From Clostridia bacterium (lineage in GTDB: Bacteria > Bacillota > Clostridia > Oscillospirales > Acutalibacteraceae), in contig JAFSGO010000038.1 of the NCBI GenBank assembly GCA_017440765.1, forward strand, positions 1 to 40,514: a DNA stretch of 40,514 bases, written 5' to 3'. The notes below the pieces were generated by a model that saw only the letters and a list, made by a program, of their open reading frames with translations, searched no databases and was not told the origin of the DNA. Positions 15,772 to 24,894 of this stretch are shown piece by piece; positions within the stretch are counted from its first letter, which is position 1, and every line of letters starts with the position of its first letter. The translations under genes and the position numbers were made by a program.

Positions 15772-18700
15772 CTATTCAGCTCTCCACTTTTTCAGCGTTT
15801 CATCCAGTTCACTGAGTGTACCATACAGACCCGTTGCATATAAGAGCTTACGTATACGATTCATCTCTGTATGGTCTCGGCTTTCCACTGCTTTGAGATA
15901 TTGCTTCTTAAAAGTAGCGGTAAAGGATGTACGCACAGCTGATCGCGCTTCCTTTTCAGTCTTGCCGGCTTTAACCTTCCTTTCGACTTGATCGGCAACT
16001 GTGCTCTTCACCGTCGCGGTATCTCCTCGTCCCGCAGCATTCTCTGACCGCTCGATCGCGGAAGTCTCATCTCCTGTGACACCTTCTTCAACTGCCTCTG
16101 CAATACCATACCACGTAAATTCCACTCCATTAGTAAAACTTTTATAGGTATTGCTCACGCCTTTCAGATCTCGCAAAATATTTTCGACAGGAACACCGAC
16201 AATAGCGGATACGGCAGATAGAACACCCAGCAGCTGATCGCTGAACGATTTGTTTTCATTGAAGCAATCCTTAACCGCTTTAACCAGGTTTCCCAGGATT
16301 GTTGTATCCATTCTTTCTATGTCGTATCCTTGTAGAATCGAAACAAGATCTTTGGCGTACGGGATATACATAAGCGGATTAAACGAGTCGATAATACCTT
16401 CCGTAACGTCAGCGATATATTTTTCCAACCATGTTTCATCCTCGTCATCATCCCGTCCGGCAGTCACCAGCGACCTGGCAAGTGCGTTCAGAACGTTTGA
16501 GGCAACTACCGCGGAAACCGTCCGGAATATTGTTTTTCGTCCTTCTTTTCCGCCTACTCGTTTCCCTTGAATAACCGAATCAGCCAACATATTTATGGTA
16601 GTGGTAGACTCTGCCATAAAAGCAGTCGCCATTTTCGCCAAACTGCTCCGACTTCTCATCGCTTCACTGCGAGAAAAAACGGAATCATAAACCTGAGTAA
16701 GCGTGATAACCTCGGTAAACCGTTCACCGCAGCGCTTTAAAAACTCCTCCGATTCTCTGTCCAGATCGGTTGTTGCTGCGATTTCGTTTTTCACTGCATG
16801 CCATATCTCGATCCAACCGACCTCGTCCATGAATGCTGGCAATCGGGAAAGCTTCTCATCACGGTAATCCCCATCCGTAAATAATGCCTTCAGCTTCTCT
16901 CGGCGTTCCTCATACTCGTCTGCCACAATCCAATCAACCGAGCTCTGCCCAACACCGGTATCAAAATATCCCATTTCCTTGATACCTGCTATCGGCGCAT
17001 ACGCTTTCAATTCTTCCCAGTCGCGGTTGTGCTCTTTAAGGTTAAGCGCCTTCACAGCCGCCGTCACAAAATATTTCTTGTCGATTTGCGAACATGCGCG
17101 TGCAACAGCGGTAGGCTGCTGGATCGCAACCGACAATGACAGGTATGTCGCGCCTTTTTTGGTAAGTGCTATCATTTTGTCAGCTGTAGCATCCTTCGAC
17201 GCCTTAATTCCGCCGTTAATATCCTGCAAAAGCGTCTTTACATATTCCGTTGCACCGGACCCGTACGCATTCTGCAAAATTGCTTTGACGGTTTCATTTT
17301 CACCTGTTCTTTGTCTGAAGTTAAAAACCCGGTTAAAATCCTCAAGCGGCAACACAAACGCATGGTACATAGACATATCGTTCACGTGCTTACCCCACAC
17401 GCCGGTAAAATCACTCAGCACAATAGGACTGGTGGAATTCGCGACCGTACTTTCTGTAAATCCGGAATTGATAAGCTTACGCTCTCCGACCTCATCCGGC
17501 TTAAAATCCATATAGTACGCGGAGGTTTTAAGCGGAAAATAATGCTCTTCCGTAAACAGCTTCACTCCGTATAGAGCCACGGAAACCTCGTTACCCTTCG
17601 CCCCCATGGTATCAGACAAATACGCCTGCATATCGTTTACGTATGCCTTTTGCTCCTCGCTCAAACTGGCAACAATATCCGTAAGAATATCCTCCGACAG
17701 CACGTAACGATTTGCCGTGTTCACCTGATACTTGATCGGGATCCCTCTCACGTTTTCTGTAACAATAACGTTCTGATCAAAAATGAAACCGCCGTTTGTC
17801 AAGTGATCTATGGCTTGTTTACCTCTCTGGGAATACGCATACAACGACAGCATTTGTTCAAGCGACAGCGTAAATAATTTCCCGTTCTCCGCTTCAAAGG
17901 TATACTGTTTTTTAAAATCCCACGCAGAGAATCCGTACTTTTTATTCATTTCCAAACGGAAGCACTGCGCATCCTTTGCATCACGATACCAGATATCCTC
18001 GCCCTCGCGAATGTTATTGTACAGATCTACAAGCGTTTTGGAACCGATTGTGCGGAAAGCGTAGATGGGCTTTAGGTTCTGCCACCCCACTTTTTTAATG
18101 TATGCAGCGACCTTTGTTTGCTTATCGATTGATTTGCTCACTGAACGGATTTCATTGATAACAGTATGTGCGGTATCCTCAACACCTTGTGTTGCCTGTA
18201 ACTTGAAAAATTTGTTAGCATTCTTAACGGTTGTTAGCACCATTTTATAGGTGTCATACACTTCCTGTAGCTGTACAATGCTCATATCCTTCACAGCCGT
18301 CCCCTGAACCGAATCCTTGAGCACAAGGATCCTGTTATAAAGGTGCTCGTTATATGCCTGAGCAACAGCAAGCTGTTCGGAGTTTTTGATAGATGCATAC
18401 GCATCTGCAAGCGATTGGAGCGCAGACGACACCGTCGCCTGATTCAACCTGGCACGTTCCCGAGCAAAGACATCAGAAAGATCCCGGTTATATCGTTTGA
18501 TTTTCGCATCAACCTTGTCCAGCATCTCCTGAATATCGAAGATCTGATCGCTGATACGAACGTCGCTCGCCATTTTACTAAGTGCCTCTATCTTGTCAAG
18601 ATATCCGTCCCGCACTTCTAACAAATCAGCATACCGTTTGAGAAGTTCCCCCTCTTTTGCGGTTACGGCGTCCACTCCGTTTCGCACGATCTCTTCATTC

Positions 18701-21700
18701 GTGACTTCCGATGTAAACATGAGCTCAGCAACCGCCAACGCCGATGCGACCGTATCCTTTAGATCCTCCTTAATATTCTGCTTTTTGTTTCCGTGCGCAA
18801 GTAGGTGCTTCAGCTCACGAACAACGCGCTTGATCTTGTGGCGCATTTCTGTCTTGCGTCTTCCCTCAACACCTCTTTCACGCATTTCCCGGTTATGCTG
18901 AATGATTTCCTGTATCCGGTCGGCATCCTTTTGCTTAAGAGAAGCAAGGGCCTCTCGCCCCTTTGCTTCCGCTCTCTTACGCACCATTTCCTTTTCTCGT
19001 TCGAGCAAACTCTTCATATGCTTAGTGGCCTCAAGACTGAGAAGCTTGCGGTCATAAATATTGATTCTGTTTGCTGTCTTGACCTTCTCCTCATTGAGTT
19101 GTTTAAGCCTTGCGGCATCCTTCTTGCCTTTGCTAAAAGAGAGCCTGTAGATTTCACTTTTAATCTCAGCAAGGTGTGACTCAAGTTCTTCAATCTTCGC
19201 GATGTTCTCTTGGTACTGCTGCAAAACATGAAGCTCGTTTTCGCCCACTTTGGTAGAGGTGTCTATCATTTCCGCCAAAGCATTTGCTAAAATAGTGCGA
19301 TTCGTGAGTTTTTTCTTCTGACTCTTGACAGAACCATAGGACATCCCCTTTTCGGGAATATCCTGCTCCTGTTGGTTCTTGACACCGTTGTCTGGTTGTG
19401 TTATACTTACATTGAAAAAAGGCGAATCGTTTAATAGCGAAGGCACAATGCTGCTGGAACTTCTTTGCGATCCGTCTTTTTTCTTATCAAAAATGACTTC
19501 GTTCTTAGGGTTTTCCAGCAGTTTCTTCAATTCCCCTGAATCAGGGGGGAAAGTCGTGACAAGGATGTTATATAATCCACCCTCATAGCCATTCATATAA
19601 ACAGAGTCTTTATCTTCGCCTATTTCCAGTACAGCAAACGCTTTTCTGCCACTTCGCGATGTATAGCCTATAACCTCGACATATCTATCGTTTCCGCCTT
19701 GGTACACGATATATTGCGGATCGCTCATTCCTTTAATAACAGAGATTATATCATCCACAGACATTTTATGAGGCCTTCCCTCTGTGTCCTGTCCGCTTCT
19801 TGCCATTGCTTGATAAGCTTTTTCGGCATCAATCGCAATTGGGTTATTGTCAATGACATCCCCGCGCCGAGACTTCGCCCAATGGATGAGAGGATAAGGG
19901 GTGTTGGTTCGAATTGGAAAATATGTATGCCCGTAAATTCTCCCCGATCTTACGCCTTCAAGCAACTCCCTAACGTCCTCTTCAGTTACTGTTCGCGGAT
20001 CGAATTTGCCATTTCCCTTCTTCTTCGCCTGTTTCTTGATACCGTTATAAGGCTGTGTTATACTCTTTTCATCGCCAACGGTTATATGACCTACCTCCGT
20101 ACGGTTTTTAGCGCTTGCAGGCGAACCGTTGGCCTTTTCATTTGTATAAGCCCCAAATTTGCTTTTCTCCGCCTGATAGTCATCGCCGACTTTTTCTGTG
20201 TCAATCTGTTTTTTCTGACTCTTGACGGAATCGTCCGCCTGTGCTATACTGCGAATGAGCCCAAATTTGGTTCCCCCTAACGGGACTTGTATCCCACAGG
20301 CATGGAACCACTTTTGGGTTCTTTTCTTGTCTTCGTCAAGGTACAGAACGGCGCCATCGGTAATTAGTTTTCCAACATCACGTCTTGCATTAAACGTTCG
20401 CACCTTACTTATGATGTTTCCACCTCTATCTTTTGAGATGGTTACACCCACCATCATAGGAGAACCGTTAACAAAGATGTTTCCAAAAACGCTTATGGTG
20501 TTCTCCTCACTATACTCACTTATCGCTACGGGGTTTGAGATGATACTTGGGATATTATTCAGCAAATCAACGTTAAGATAGTCTCCGTGGTCAACCATAT
20601 TTCGTTTGAGTTTATCAACATCATAGCGAATAACTCCACTAGGCATTCCAACCATGACCAAAGGACTGGCCTCTCCCAACGTCCCAACCTTGACAAAAGA
20701 ACCATGTTTCAGTGTTTTCCACTTTTGTATTTGTGATTTAAAATACTTATCTTCTGTGAAAACTTCACTGGCTGTCTGTTTCTTCTGAAATTTAGGGCTT
20801 ACAGGTTTTGCTTGATCACTTGACCGCAGATGTTCATTGCCTCCTGCGGTGTCATCTTGAAGTCCTTGGTTTCCAGGCGATCCAGCATTTCTATCATCAT
20901 TTCCTCGGTTTTGAGAAAACTGCAAATCCCACAAACCTCGTCTTGGCTCAGACCGAGCCGTTTTAATATCCGCATGAATGCCCCTATCTTCTTCTGCGTG
21001 TACTCGTTCATACAATGCCCTCATTTCTTCATAAGTTCCTGCAACAACCTCAAAATACCCATCTTCCATAGCCTCGATAAGAATATATTTCTTTCTTCTG
21101 CCATCGTAGATGATGGTATTGTCACCGCTTTGACGAGTGGTTTTGTTCGCCCATATCATTGCCGCCGTTGCAAATTCATTATAGACTGACCTTTTTTTCT
21201 TTGCAAGGCTTTTCTTCACCTGCCTCTTGAGGTCACCCTCAGTTTTACTGTTAACATCATTACCCGTCGCCGCCTGAAAACTCTGTGCCGCATCGACAGC
21301 CATATCCTCAAACAATTCATAAAACTTACTTAAGACATCATCCATCCGTTGGAGAGCCTTCGCTTCATCCGACAAACGTTCATCATAGCCGAGCGCATTA
21401 TACTCACCACGGATCTTATCCAAAACCTGGCAGATGTGTTGCTTGATTTTCTCCCACAAAGCATGGTCTTTCTGTTTCAACTGTGCAAGCTTCTCCATCG
21501 CATTGCTGTCAAGAAGCATTCTCTCGCAAGCATCGCATACCATTTCCTCAAATGCAACGTCGAGATCTTTCGTACCAAGCTCCGCCATCTTGAGTTTAAG
21601 TAAATCCGAGGTGGACACATTATGGTCGGCATACTGTTCCATTAGAAAATCAGCAAACACCTTGAACTTCGCGGGAGACCACACCTTAATGAAATGTGTT

Positions 21701-24700
21701 AATTCGTGAGCCATTGTAAACGCAATGGTTTTAGAATCATTTAAGCCTTTCTGAAGGTCAAGATGGATGCTATTGTCATTGGGATCAAAGTATCCATTAG
21801 AATCGCTGCCATATGTTCCGGCAATCGTAGAATCGTAGAACACGATGTCAATACCGAGCGCACTTGCAAGTTGTTTTGCAAGCGCAATCACTCTTTTTTG
21901 CGATTGCGTTGTTACCTTGGCTCCCTTTTCAAATCGAACCCTGCCTTTTTTGTGAGCACCGTTTTTGGAAGCGGTGCTTTTTTTATCATCTACCGCTTTT
22001 TGCGCAGCCTTAATACGTGCTTCAGAAGCGGCCTTACCAATGTTGTATGCCGCCTGTTTCTGTATGGGTGTAAGAGTGGAGATGAAAGTGCCGCGCGCTG
22101 TTTTCTTGATCGGATAGGAATACTCGCCGTAACGATACGCCTCTTGAATGCCGAGAATATAGTCGGTTACGTTACCGCCCTGCTTTTTAAAGTTATTAAC
22201 AAGCACGTTGGCATCGTCAACACTGACTCCCATATCCAGAACAGCCGAATACAGAAGCCCTTCATCATCGGAAGCAAATTCAACGTCTTCCGCGCTGACC
22301 GTTTCACCGTTGCTCAGGCGAAGCATCATTTTCTTCCCTTGAATAGAATCGATCCCGCTGATCTCGACGACCTCACCTGTCGTCGTGTCAACCGTCACCC
22401 CACTGTCGGTCACTTTAAATCGGTTTTCGGGAACAACTTGCTGAACCGTACCTTTATACGGCGCAACCGCCTCCCCGTTTTCCCTGCGCCGCGCCGCTTC
22501 CGCGTTGGAATATGGAATAAAAGGCGCGTTCTCAGCCACATCATTCATCCCGGCAGACGAATCCGTTACCGTGTTTCCGTTGACCTCACCGGTAACCGCT
22601 TTATCAGTAAGACTCTTATGGAGATCCTGATATCCTTGCACCCGTTGGTTGACTGTGGAATTCGGGTTAATAATAACGTCACGCATCGTCTGTGCAATAA
22701 GTTCGTTTTCTTCGATTGCCCTTACCTGTGATTTTGTGAAATATCCGCCCTCCACAGCTTTGTTAAGCCATTTTGCAATTGTTTGAGCGTGACTCGGTGC
22801 AATCCCCTTACGGGTAAGCGATTTGGTGATCTCCGCCAAATTCGTATCGGACAACGAATCTGCTCCCACCTCATGGAGAAGTCTGCCGATGGTATAAGCA
22901 CCGGTCTTCTCATTAACTTTGCCGGCAAGTCGATGCGCTACCGTATCGGCAGACATGGACTTGCCGAGCTTGACAAGGTTAGCTGTCTCACCTTTGCGGA
23001 TCACGTCTTTTCCTTTTTGATAGGTACTTACCTCCCCCGATACGATAGAGCCACCTTCTAACATACCGGCCGATATTGCGCCGAGCAGACCGGAATAGGC
23101 AACCTGCTGCCAGTCAACGTCTTTATCAGTATACAACACAAGGTTTTCAAAATACGGATTTAGGATTTCTTGTAAACCTTCCTCAAAACCTTCCGAAAGC
23201 AAGCTACCACCGAATTTAATGGCACCCCGTGCAAAGGCATTGTCAATACCAGATATCATTTTCGAGATAGCACCGTTGGTTAACGTACCGCCAAGCTTGC
23301 TGATACCGCCAAGAAGAAACTCCAGACCGGCTTCAGAACCGCCAACGAGTGCTGCATAGGAACGAGCCTGCCCTTTGTCATATCCCAGGTTTATCATCTC
23401 TTGATAGGCATTACCCGCAGCAGATGCACCCATCAAAGTGGCACCGACAACTTGGCCGGCCAACGGATTAATCAGACCAACAGCAGTCGACGTCAACACA
23501 GAAGGCAGCATGTTTCCCGTTGTGGTAGCGGCATCAAATCCAATTTGTCCAAGCGAGCTTCCCAAAATGTTCGTCCCAACGTCGTAAAGATCATCCCTCA
23601 CCATGCCGGATGTCATCTGCATAGAAGACACCGGAATATAGTCGTCACCGTTAAAAAAATTAGCCACACCGGAAGCGAATTGATCAATACCCGCTCCAAA
23701 ACCGAAGGCAATTTCAAGAAACGTGTTGTCCTTTAATTTCTCAAACCGTTCCTCCGCTTCTCTTCTGTTCAACGACTCTTCAATGCTGCCAAGATATTCA
23801 TTCGCTTTATCTTCACCAGAAGCGCCATAATAGTAGCAATAGGTTTGGTATTCCTTATCGCTCATATACTTTGCTGCATGTTCTTCAGGTGACAGAGGAG
23901 TTGCATTACCGTCCCTGTTATACAGATAGTGATATGGTGTTCCGTCCTCATCGCGGTTATTTCGGAAAGCGATAATAGCGTTATTGACATCGGAACCAAA
24001 CACTGTACCTCTACCATTGGTTCCCAAGAACGCATCGTGAGTTGCAAGTCCCTTGCTTTCACCGATAGCAGCCTTGTTTTCGAAATCAGGATCATAATTT
24101 TTCGATTCAGGATCAGCAACAGATGCCATTTCGATGCTCTTCTGGATACGGGAAGCCACGTTGTAATACTGTGTCTTATCGGACAGAGTTTTATCAATGT
24201 CTACTCCGCCAAACTTTCCATTGGCGGCTTCCCTTGCCTTTCTTCTTGCCGTATCGGCCATATATCCTTTTTTTAGATATTCAGTTAGATTTTCGGCATA
24301 ATAAACATCCCATTGACGCTTTTTCCCCTTCAGATCTTCGATTTCCGCGCTCAAAGCAGGAAGGTCAGCAACCTTTTGCTCTTCGTAGACCTTCAAAGCC
24401 TCCAAATCGGCTTTGTACGCATCCTCCGTGTTCCATTGCGACCAATAATCAAAATCACTTTTATATGTCTCAGAAATACTGGTATAGTTTTCTTTCGCGC
24501 TCTTCAGCCAATCACGAATACCGGCTGCCGTCTCAGCATCATAAAGATCACTATATTGATTGAGCGCATTTAATATTCGTTGAGACTCCGCATCAAACTT
24601 GGACTTTTGCGCGGAAAAAGAAGTATATGCTTCCTCCGTATCCCCACGAAAACGATCGTTGATGAACTCCTCATTTTCATTGAAAAAGCGCGTTTTGTAA

Positions 24701-24876
24701 GAATCGTAGACTTCATTGCTTTCCTTTATCAAGTTTTCTATGCTAAGAGAAGCATTGACACGTTCTTGTCTTTGATAATCACCTAAGGATGTAACACCCT
24801 TCGACCGTCTTCCTAGCATCTGAAAATACTGTTCTGTTGTCATCCCGCTTTTTTGCAGATATTCTGATAATTTCAT
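15772..24876 (-). CDS. Giant (3,034 aa) polyvalent virion or ejection protein with a zincin-like HExxH metallopeptidase module
   Basis: A single open frame. AAGGGGAGAG lies before the ATG at 24876 (MKLSEYLQ...). Modules seen: a Gly/Ala-rich hydrophobic segment (~23040-23720), TMAHELTHF (HELTHF at 21691-21708), two paralogous alpha/beta modules (~20245-20700 and ~19480-20010), a long K/E/R coiled coil (~17900-19300) and a large C-terminal domain. Confidence 0.85.
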   Translation of the reverse strand: MKLSEYLQKSGMTTEQYFQMLGRRSKGVTSLGDYQRQERVNASLSIENLIKESNEVYDSYKTRFFNENEEFINDRFRGDTEEAYTSFSAQKSKFDAESQRILNALNQYSDLYDAETAAGIRDWLKSAKENYTSISETYKSDFDYWSQWNTEDAYKADLEALKVYEEQKVADLPALSAEIEDLKGKKRQWDVYYAENLTEYLKKGYMADTARRKAREAANGKFGGVDIDKTLSDKTQYYNVASRIQKSIEMASVADPESKNYDPDFENKAAIGESKGLATHDAFLGTNGRGTVFGSDVNNAIIAFRNNRDEDGTPYHYLYNRDGNATPLSPEEHAAKYMSDKEYQTYCYYYGASGEDKANEYLGSIEESLNRREAEERFEKLKDNTFLEIAFGFGAGIDQFASGVANFFNGDDYIPVSSMQMTSGMVRDDLYDVGTNILGSSLGQIGFDAATTTGNMLPSVLTSTAVGLINPLAGQVVGATLMGASAAGNAYQEMINLGYDKGQARSYAALVGGSEAGLEFLLGGISKLGGTLTNGAISKMISGIDNAFARGAIKFGGSLLSEGFEEGLQEILNPYFENLVLYTDKDVDWQQVAYSGLLGAISAGMLEGGSIVSGEVSTYQKGKDVIRKGETANLVKLGKSMSADTVAHRLAGKVNEKTGAYTIGRLLHEVGADSLSDTNLAEITKSLTRKGIAPSHAQTIAKWLNKAVEGGYFTKSQVRAIEENELIAQTMRDVIINPNSTVNQRVQGYQDLHKSLTDKAVTGEVNGNTVTDSSAGMNDVAENAPFIPYSNAEAARRRENGEAVAPYKGTVQQVVPENRFKVTDSGVTVDTTTGEVVEISGIDSIQGKKMMLRLSNGETVSAEDVEFASDDEGLLYSAVLDMGVSVDDANVLVNNFKKQGGNVTDYILGIQEAYRYGEYSYPIKKTARGTFISTLTPIQKQAAYNIGKAASEARIKAAQKAVDDKKSTASKNGAHKKGRVRFEKGAKVTTQSQKRVIALAKQLASALGIDIVFYDSTIAGTYGSDSNGYFDPNDNSIHLDLQKGLNDSKTIAFTMAHELTHFIKVWSPAKFKVFADFLMEQYADHNVSTSDLLKLKMAELGTKDLDVAFEEMVCDACERMLLDSNAMEKLAQLKQKDHALWEKIKQHICQVLDKIRGEYNALGYDERLSDEAKALQRMDDVLSKFYELFEDMAVDAAQSFQAATGNDVNSKTEGDLKRQVKKSLAKKKRSVYNEFATAAMIWANKTTRQSGDNTIIYDGRRKKYILIEAMEDGYFEVVAGTYEEMRALYERVHAEEDRGIHADIKTARSEPRRGLWDLQFSQNRGNDDRNAGSPGNQGLQDDTAGGNEHLRSSDQAKPVSPKFQKKQTASEVFTEDKYFKSQIQKWKTLKHGSFVKVGTLGEASPLVMVGMPSGVIRYDVDKLKRNMVDHGDYLNVDLLNNIPSIISNPVAISEYSEENTISVFGNIFVNGSPMMVGVTISKDRGGNIISKVRTFNARRDVGKLITDGAVLYLDEDKKRTQKWFHACGIQVPLGGTKFGLIRSIAQADDSVKSQKKQIDTEKVGDDYQAEKSKFGAYTNEKANGSPASAKNRTEVGHITVGDEKSITQPYNGIKKQAKKKGNGKFDPRTVTEEDVRELLEGVRSGRIYGHTYFPIRTNTPYPLIHWAKSRRGDVIDNNPIAIDAEKAYQAMARSGQDTEGRPHKMSVDDIISVIKGMSDPQYIVYQGGNDRYVEVIGYTSRSGRKAFAVLEIGEDKDSVYMNGYEGGLYNILVTTFPPDSGELKKLLENPKNEVIFDKKKDGSQRSSSSIVPSLLNDSPFFNVSITQPDNGVKNQQEQDIPEKGMSYGSVKSQKKKLTNRTILANALAEMIDTSTKVGENELHVLQQYQENIAKIEELESHLAEIKSEIYRLSFSKGKKDAARLKQLNEEKVKTANRINIYDRKLLSLEATKHMKSLLEREKEMVRKRAEAKGREALASLKQKDADRIQEIIQHNREMRERGVEGRRKTEMRHKIKRVVRELKHLLAHGNKKQNIKEDLKDTVASALAVAELMFTSEVTNEEIVRNGVDAVTAKEGELLKRYADLLEVRDGYLDKIEALSKMASDVRISDQIFDIQEMLDKVDAKIKRYNRDLSDVFARERARLNQATVSSALQSLADAYASIKNSEQLAVAQAYNEHLYNRILVLKDSVQGTAVKDMSIVQLQEVYDTYKMVLTTVKNANKFFKLQATQGVEDTAHTVINEIRSVSKSIDKQTKVAAYIKKVGWQNLKPIYAFRTIGSKTLVDLYNNIREGEDIWYRDAKDAQCFRLEMNKKYGFSAWDFKKQYTFEAENGKLFTLSLEQMLSLYAYSQRGKQAIDHLTNGGFIFDQNVIVTENVRGIPIKYQVNTANRYVLSEDILTDIVASLSEEQKAYVNDMQAYLSDTMGAKGNEVSVALYGVKLFTEEHYFPLKTSAYYMDFKPDEVGERKLINSGFTESTVANSTSPIVLSDFTGVWGKHVNDMSMYHAFVLPLEDFNRVFNFRQRTGENETVKAILQNAYGSGATEYVKTLLQDINGGIKASKDATADKMIALTKKGATYLSLSVAIQQPTAVARACSQIDKKYFVTAAVKALNLKEHNRDWEELKAYAPIAGIKEMGYFDTGVGQSSVDWIVADEYEERREKLKALFTDGDYRDEKLSRLPAFMDEVGWIEIWHAVKNEIAATTDLDRESEEFLKRCGERFTEVITLTQVYDSVFSRSEAMRSRSSLAKMATAFMAESTTTINMLADSVIQGKRVGGKEGRKTIFRTVSAVVASNVLNALARSLVTAGRDDDEDETWLEKYIADVTEGIIDSFNPLMYIPYAKDLVSILQGYDIERMDTTILGNLVKAVKDCFNENKSFSDQLLGVLSAVSAIVGVPVENILRDLKGVSNTYKSFTNGVEFTWYGIAEAVEEGVTGDETSAIERSENAAGRGDTATVKSTVADQVERKVKAGKTEKEARSAVRTSFTATFKKQYLKAVESRDHTEMNRIRKLLYATGLYGTLSELDETLKKWRAE
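19379..19407 (+). promoter_or_regulatory. Near-consensus sigma-A promoter motif antisense to the giant gene (copy A)
   Basis: TTGACA (19379-19384), a 17-nt spacer, then TGt-TATACT (19402-19407). On the sense strand it encodes SITQPDNGVK. Confidence 0.35.
20036..20064 (+). promoter_or_regulatory. Near-consensus sigma-A promoter motif antisense to the giant gene (copy B)
   Basis: TTGATA (20036-20041), a 17-nt spacer, then TGt-TATACT (20059-20064). On the sense strand it encodes SITQPYNGIK. Confidence 0.35.
20222..20250 (+). promoter_or_regulatory. Near-consensus sigma-A promoter motif antisense to the giant gene (copy C)
   Basis: TTGACG (20222-20227), a 17-nt spacer, then TGc-TATACT (20245-20250). 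On the sense strand it encodes SIAQADDSVK. Confidence 0.35.
20799..21011 (-). CDS. Candidate nested (overprinted) 70-aa gene in the +1 frame of the giant gene
   Basis: MNEYTQKKIGAFMRILKRLGLSQDEVCGICSFLKTEEMMIEMLDRLETKDFKMTPQEAMNICGQVIKQNL has a helical, globular-looking composition. GAGGG lies 6 nt upstream of the ATG. The main frame is compositionally aberrant over exactly this span. Confidence 0.3.
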   Translation of the reverse strand: MNEYTQKKIGAFMRILKRLGLSQDEVCGICSFLKTEEMMIEMLDRLETKDFKMTPQEAMNICGQVIKQNL

Positions 24877-24894
24877 AATGCTCTCCCCTTGCAA

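Noticed and set aside
21763-22731. 322-aa plus-strand ORF, and many other plus-strand ORFs, inside the giant gene.
   Set aside because: These are antisense shadows. Reverse complements of Lys/Glu/Asn-rich codons give Phe/Leu/Ile-rich pseudo-hydrophobic peptides. No RBS or start context supports them.
19014-24197. Other same-strand nested ORFs in the giant gene (19014..19229, 22722..22928, 23862..24197).
   Set aside because: They have an unstructured, Arg/Ser/Leu-rich composition and no Shine-Dalgarno sequence, and the main frame looks normal across them. ORFs of this length are expected by chance in a 9-kb gene.
15772-24876. Interpreting the giant ORF as a conventional tape-measure protein.
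   Set aside because: It does have a Gly-rich hydrophobic segment and a coiled coil. However, there are no tail tube, chaperone-frameshift or distal-tail genes beside it, and it carries an HExxH peptidase and other globular modules. I keep this as an alternative to be tested rather than the primary call.
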